DNA from: Deltaproteobacteria bacterium
Lineage (GTDB): Bacteria; Myxococcota_A; Polyangia; Fen-1088
NCBI GenBank assembly: GCA_033763315.1
Contig: JANRKS010000008.1
Location: 64,001 to 128,000, forward strand
DNA length: 64,000 nt
Reading direction: 5' to 3'
Made by a program: the position numbers and the translations under genes. A model generated the notes under the pieces. It saw only the letters and a program-made list of their open reading frames with translations, was not told where the DNA came from and ran no database searches. Shown here in pieces: positions 60,634-64,000 of this stretch. Within the stretch, counting starts at the first letter, position 1, and every line of letters begins with the position of its first letter.

Positions 60634-61794
60634 ATGGTTCCTATTTCATATAACCTGCGCAATCTGAAGGTTCGCAAGACCACCAGTGCCGCCGCTGCGT
60701 TCGGGCTAGCGTTGGTCGTGTTCGTCTTTGCTTCGGTCTTGATGTTGTCGAACGGCATCCAGAAAACGTTGGGGCGCTCGGCAAGTTCCGATGTGGCCAT
60801 CGTGCTGCGCAAAGGCGCCACGGCCGAGATTGAAAGTGTGATTGAAGAGTCCAGCGTCAATCTGGTGCTCAATGACACCGCCCTGCCAGCCCCCGCATCG
60901 GGGCCCCGCGGTGTGTCCGAATTGGTGGTTGTGATCTTGCTCGACAAGATCGGCGCCAGTGGCGTTTCGAACGCACAGGTGCGAGGCATAAGCCCAGACA
61001 CCCTGGCCTTTCGATCCAGCGTCAAAATCGTTGAAGGACGTGCGGCTCAACAGGGGTCCGACGAAGTTGTGATTGGCAAAGCGGTGGCGGGACGGTTCAA
61101 GGGGCTATCCCTGGGCGAATCGTTCGAGCTTAAGAAAAACCGCCCCGTGAAGGTTGTGGGTATTTTCGCGGACGGGGGATCTTCCCTTGAGTCGGAAGTG
61201 TGGGCTGATATCGACACCGTGCGCACGTCGTTTAAGCGCGAAGGTTACACGTCGGCCGTTCGTGTCCGTGTGCAACCTGCAGCGTTTGACGCATACAAGA
61301 CCAGCATCGAGTCGAATCGTCAGCTCAACATGCAGGTGCTCAAGGAGTCTGAGTATTTCGACAAACAGTCTGAAGGCACGGCGATGTTCATCACAGCGCT
61401 GGGCATAATGATCGCTGTGTTCTTCTCGATTGGCGCGATGTTGGGCGCCATGATCACGATGCATGGTGCCGTGGCCAACCGACAGCGTGAAATCGGAACG
61501 TTGCGCGCCTTGGGCTTCTCGAAAACCAGCATCTTGTTCTCCTTCTTGCTCGAGTCGATCATCTTATCGATCATTGGCGGCGGAATTGGAGCGATTGCCT
61601 CGTTAGCCATGGGTTTCGTAAGTTTCTCGATGGTGAACTTCGCCAGCTGGTCCGAAATTGTGTTTCGTTTCGAACCCGAGGCGGGCGTGATTGTGGGCTC
61701 GATGATCTTTGCCTCGGTGATGGGTTTGGTGGGAGGCTTCTTGCCCGCCATCAGAGCATCGCGGATCAACCCGATCGAAGCCATGCGGGCGTGA
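60634..61794 (+). CDS. ABC transporter permease (FtsX/MacB-like)
   Basis: VANRQREIGTLRALGF, GGFLPAIRASR. Confidence 0.9.
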   Translation: MVPISYNLRNLKVRKTTSAAAAFGLALVVFVFASVLMLSNGIQKTLGRSASSDVAIVLRKGATAEIESVIEESSVNLVLNDTALPAPASGPRGVSELVVVILLDKIGASGVSNAQVRGISPDTLAFRSSVKIVEGRAAQQGSDEVVIGKAVAGRFKGLSLGESFELKKNRPVKVVGIFADGGSSLESEVWADIDTVRTSFKREGYTSAVRVRVQPAAFDAYKTSIESNRQLNMQVLKESEYFDKQSEGTAMFITALGIMIAVFFSIGAMLGAMITMHGAVANRQREIGTLRALGFSKTSILFSFLLESIILSIIGGGIGAIASLAMGFVSFSMVNFASWSEIVFRFEPEAGVIVGSMIFASVMGLVGGFLPAIRASRINPIEAMRA

Positions 61795-61882
61795 ATCGGG
61801 TTAGCACCGTGTTGAGCTGCGCAGACGTGTCCAGCCAGAAAGCCCTGCGCGCCACGCTCCGGGCCGCCATTTAAGGTTCTGC

Positions 61883-62272
61883 ATGCACACGGAGACAGCT
61901 CGATATAACTCTGCGCTCGCGTCCGCCGATCGGGAAATCGCTCAGCTGCTGGCAGAGGCGATTGATCGTCATCTTCCCGAAGCCGAAAACAAGATCTGGC
62001 ACGCTCATCCGGTGTGGTTTCTCGATGGCAACCCGGTGGTTGGATACAGCAAGCTTAAAAGCTGCGTGCGTTTGCTGTTTTGGAGTGGCCAGTCGTTTGA
62101 GGAAGCTGGGTTAAAGCCGGAAGGCAAGTTCAAAGCGGCGGAAGCACGGTACTCCTCCGTTGACCAGATCGACCCCCAAAAGCTTCGGCGTTGGTTGGCG
62201 GAGGCGCGAGATGTTCAGTGGGACTACAAGAACATCGTGCGGCGCAAGGGCCGATTGGACCGCTTAAAGTAA
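61883..62272 (+). CDS. DUF1801 domain-containing protein
   Basis: AENKIWHAHPVWFLDGNPVVGYSK..RLLFWSGQSF..QWDYKNIV. Confidence 0.85.
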   Translation: MHTETARYNSALASADREIAQLLAEAIDRHLPEAENKIWHAHPVWFLDGNPVVGYSKLKSCVRLLFWSGQSFEEAGLKPEGKFKAAEARYSSVDQIDPQKLRRWLAEARDVQWDYKNIVRRKGRLDRLK

Positions 62273-62300
62273 CACCAGGGCGGCGGACTGCTTTGCACCG

Positions 62301-63137
62301 ATGACGCGCGAGCGACTTTTCCTTCGGCTTGATGGCGACCCACTCTATGCGCCGGAAACTTCGGTGCCTCGCGGGACCATGAACGAGCTTGCGGTGCGCC
62401 CAGAGCTGCGCCAACACATCGCCCACATTGCCGTGTACCGCGAAACGCTGGCAACCGCGGTGGTTGAGCATGTTGTGCCCGACGGGGCTGTGCGACTCAT
62501 GTTTGACCTTGGCGCGGGAATGGGGCAGGCGCTGGTGGCAGGTCCGTCGGCGCAGCCCCTTGCCCTGCACCTGCAGGGAACGATGGCGGGCCTCACCGTG
62601 ACCTTGCGCCCAGGCGCGGCGGCCGAGCTGTTACTTACGCCCGCAGGCGAACTTCATGACCGTTGCCTACCGCTTCGTGAGTTCAAGGGGTTTGACATCG
62701 ATGAACTAAGCGAACGGTTGTTCGTCGCCCGCGACGATGCCGAAAGGGCGATGCTTGTGCAAACAACCCTGCGAAGTCGGCTGGCTGGCGATCACGCTTC
62801 CGAACGCGACCGCACCCTCCGTGCACTTGCAGTGTTGTCGAGCAGCCGTCGTACGCTGGGTGAGGCTTCAGAGTCGGTAGGCGTCGGTGAGCGCCGCCTG
62901 CAGCAGATCTTCGAGCAAAACGTTGGGCTTTCGCCACGGCTTTACCGCAGGCTCATCCGCGTGCATGAATGCTTACGGGCCCTGCGGAAGAACCGGCAAC
63001 CGCGCTGGCCCCAGCTTGCGCTCGAGCATGGCTTTTCCGACCAAGCGCACCTTTCGCGTGAGTTTCGTGCGTTCACAGGTGTGCCTCCCACCGAATTTCT
63101 GGCGCGCGTTTCGGGTTCTTTCAAGACGACAGGGTGA
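62301..63137 (+). CDS. AraC family transcriptional regulator
   Basis: VVPDG N-domain, ERRLQQIF...VGLSP, GFSDQAHLSREFRAFTG.PP. Confidence 0.9.
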   Translation: MTRERLFLRLDGDPLYAPETSVPRGTMNELAVRPELRQHIAHIAVYRETLATAVVEHVVPDGAVRLMFDLGAGMGQALVAGPSAQPLALHLQGTMAGLTVTLRPGAAAELLLTPAGELHDRCLPLREFKGFDIDELSERLFVARDDAERAMLVQTTLRSRLAGDHASERDRTLRALAVLSSSRRTLGEASESVGVGERRLQQIFEQNVGLSPRLYRRLIRVHECLRALRKNRQPRWPQLALEHGFSDQAHLSREFRAFTGVPPTEFLARVSGSFKTTG

Positions 63138-63158
63138 CCTTGGCGCACCGTATTGGGT

Positions 63159-64000
63159 ATGCAAAGCAAGAACGTTGGAAAAGAGGCGCCCTTGGCAGGG
63201 CGGGTGGCGCTGGTGACTGGGGCCAGCCGTGGTGCGGGCAAGGGCATTGCGATTGAACTTGGTGCGGCGGGTGCCACCGTGTACGTCACCGGCCGCAGCA
63301 CCCGACGCGATGGCTCGCCCTCGAGCTATGCGGACATCATGCGGCTATCAAATTTGTCGTTCCTGCCGGGCACCATTGATGACACGGCCGATGAGGTCAC
63401 ACGTGCTGGCGGCCGAGGTGTGCCTTGCGTATGTGATCACTCTCGGGATGATCAGGTGGCAGCGTTGTTCGAGCGCATACTACGTGATGAAGGCCGCCTT
63501 GATGTGCTTGTGAACAACGCTTGGGGAGGCCACGAAGCGTTCGACGGCGTGTTCGAAGCGCCGTTTTGGGAGCGGCCGCTTGGCGAATGGGACGCGATGA
63601 TGGATCGTGGCGTGCGCAACCATTGGCTTGCCAGCCGTCACGCGGCGCCTTTGTTCGTCAAGCAGCGCAGCGGACTGGTGGTGACGACCACGTTCTGGGA
63701 TCGGGGGCGCTACCTTCACGGCAACCTGATGTACGATCTCGCCAAATCCGCGATGAGCCGGCTGGCGTTTGCCATTGCCGAAGAACTGCGCGACCACGGT
63801 GCAACTTCCGTTGCCCTATCGCCGGGGTGGATGCGCACAGAGCTTGTCCTCGCCGGGCACAACACAGACGAGCAGCGATGGCAGGAGGTGCCCGCGCTTG
63901 CGGGGACTGAATCGCCGCGCTACCTCGGCCGTGCCGTGGTGGCCCTGGCCTGTGACTCCGGCACGCAGGCACGCACGGGCCAAACACTGCGCGTGGCCGA
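63159..64000 (+). CDS. SDR family oxidoreductase (DHRS1-like), 3' end runs off the window
   Basis: Not in the ORF track. ATG 63159 gives MQSKNVGKEAPLAGRVALVTGASRGAGKGIA..LDVLVNNAWGG..YDLAK (YxxxK). Confidence 0.88.
   Translation, partial: MQSKNVGKEAPLAGRVALVTGASRGAGKGIAIELGAAGATVYVTGRSTRRDGSPSSYADIMRLSNLSFLPGTIDDTADEVTRAGGRGVPCVCDHSRDDQVAALFERILRDEGRLDVLVNNAWGGHEAFDGVFEAPFWERPLGEWDAMMDRGVRNHWLASRHAAPLFVKQRSGLVVTTTFWDRGRYLHGNLMYDLAKSAMSRLAFAIAEELRDHGATSVALSPGWMRTELVLAGHNTDEQRWQEVPALAGTESPRYLGRAVVALACDSGTQARTGQTLRVA

Overview
A gene-dense chromosomal window of GC-rich bacterial DNA (roughly 60-65% by eye), most likely from a myxobacterium (Myxococcota). That placement rests on a MYXO-CTERM-like sorting signal, Gly-rich lipoproteins, an ECF/FecR-TPR locus and many orphan kinases. 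I see about 60 real CDSs and no tRNA, rRNA, CRISPR array or transposase. Recognisable blocks are a tandem ArsA/Get3-like ATPase pair, a complete oleABCD olefin cluster, a chromosomal AAC(3)-I-like acetyltransferase, an ECF sigma/FecR locus, wcaJ, ylqF-DEAD helicase, acs, proS-pyrF-rlmB, a TatT-type TRAP importer and a MacAB-like ABC exporter. Five observations stand out. (1) Two divergent copies of a TGAGCC-N16-CGTCT promoter-like motif link the ECF locus to a lipoprotein built from three Cys-braced DxDxDG repeats. (2) A SiaABCD-like phosphatase/kinase/STAS/diguanylate cyclase module has its phosphatase gene transcribed divergently. (3) An 80-aa protein with an Sm/LSm-like pattern heads an operon that ends in acyP-acs. 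(4) An IPT lipoprotein-histidine kinase-FecR-barrel operon has no sigma factor or response regulator. (5) A sigma54 promoter with tandem palindromes precedes an orphan wcaJ. All calls come from reading motifs by eye; no database searches were run. Start codons were adjusted from the ORF track where overlaps or RBSs suggested it.
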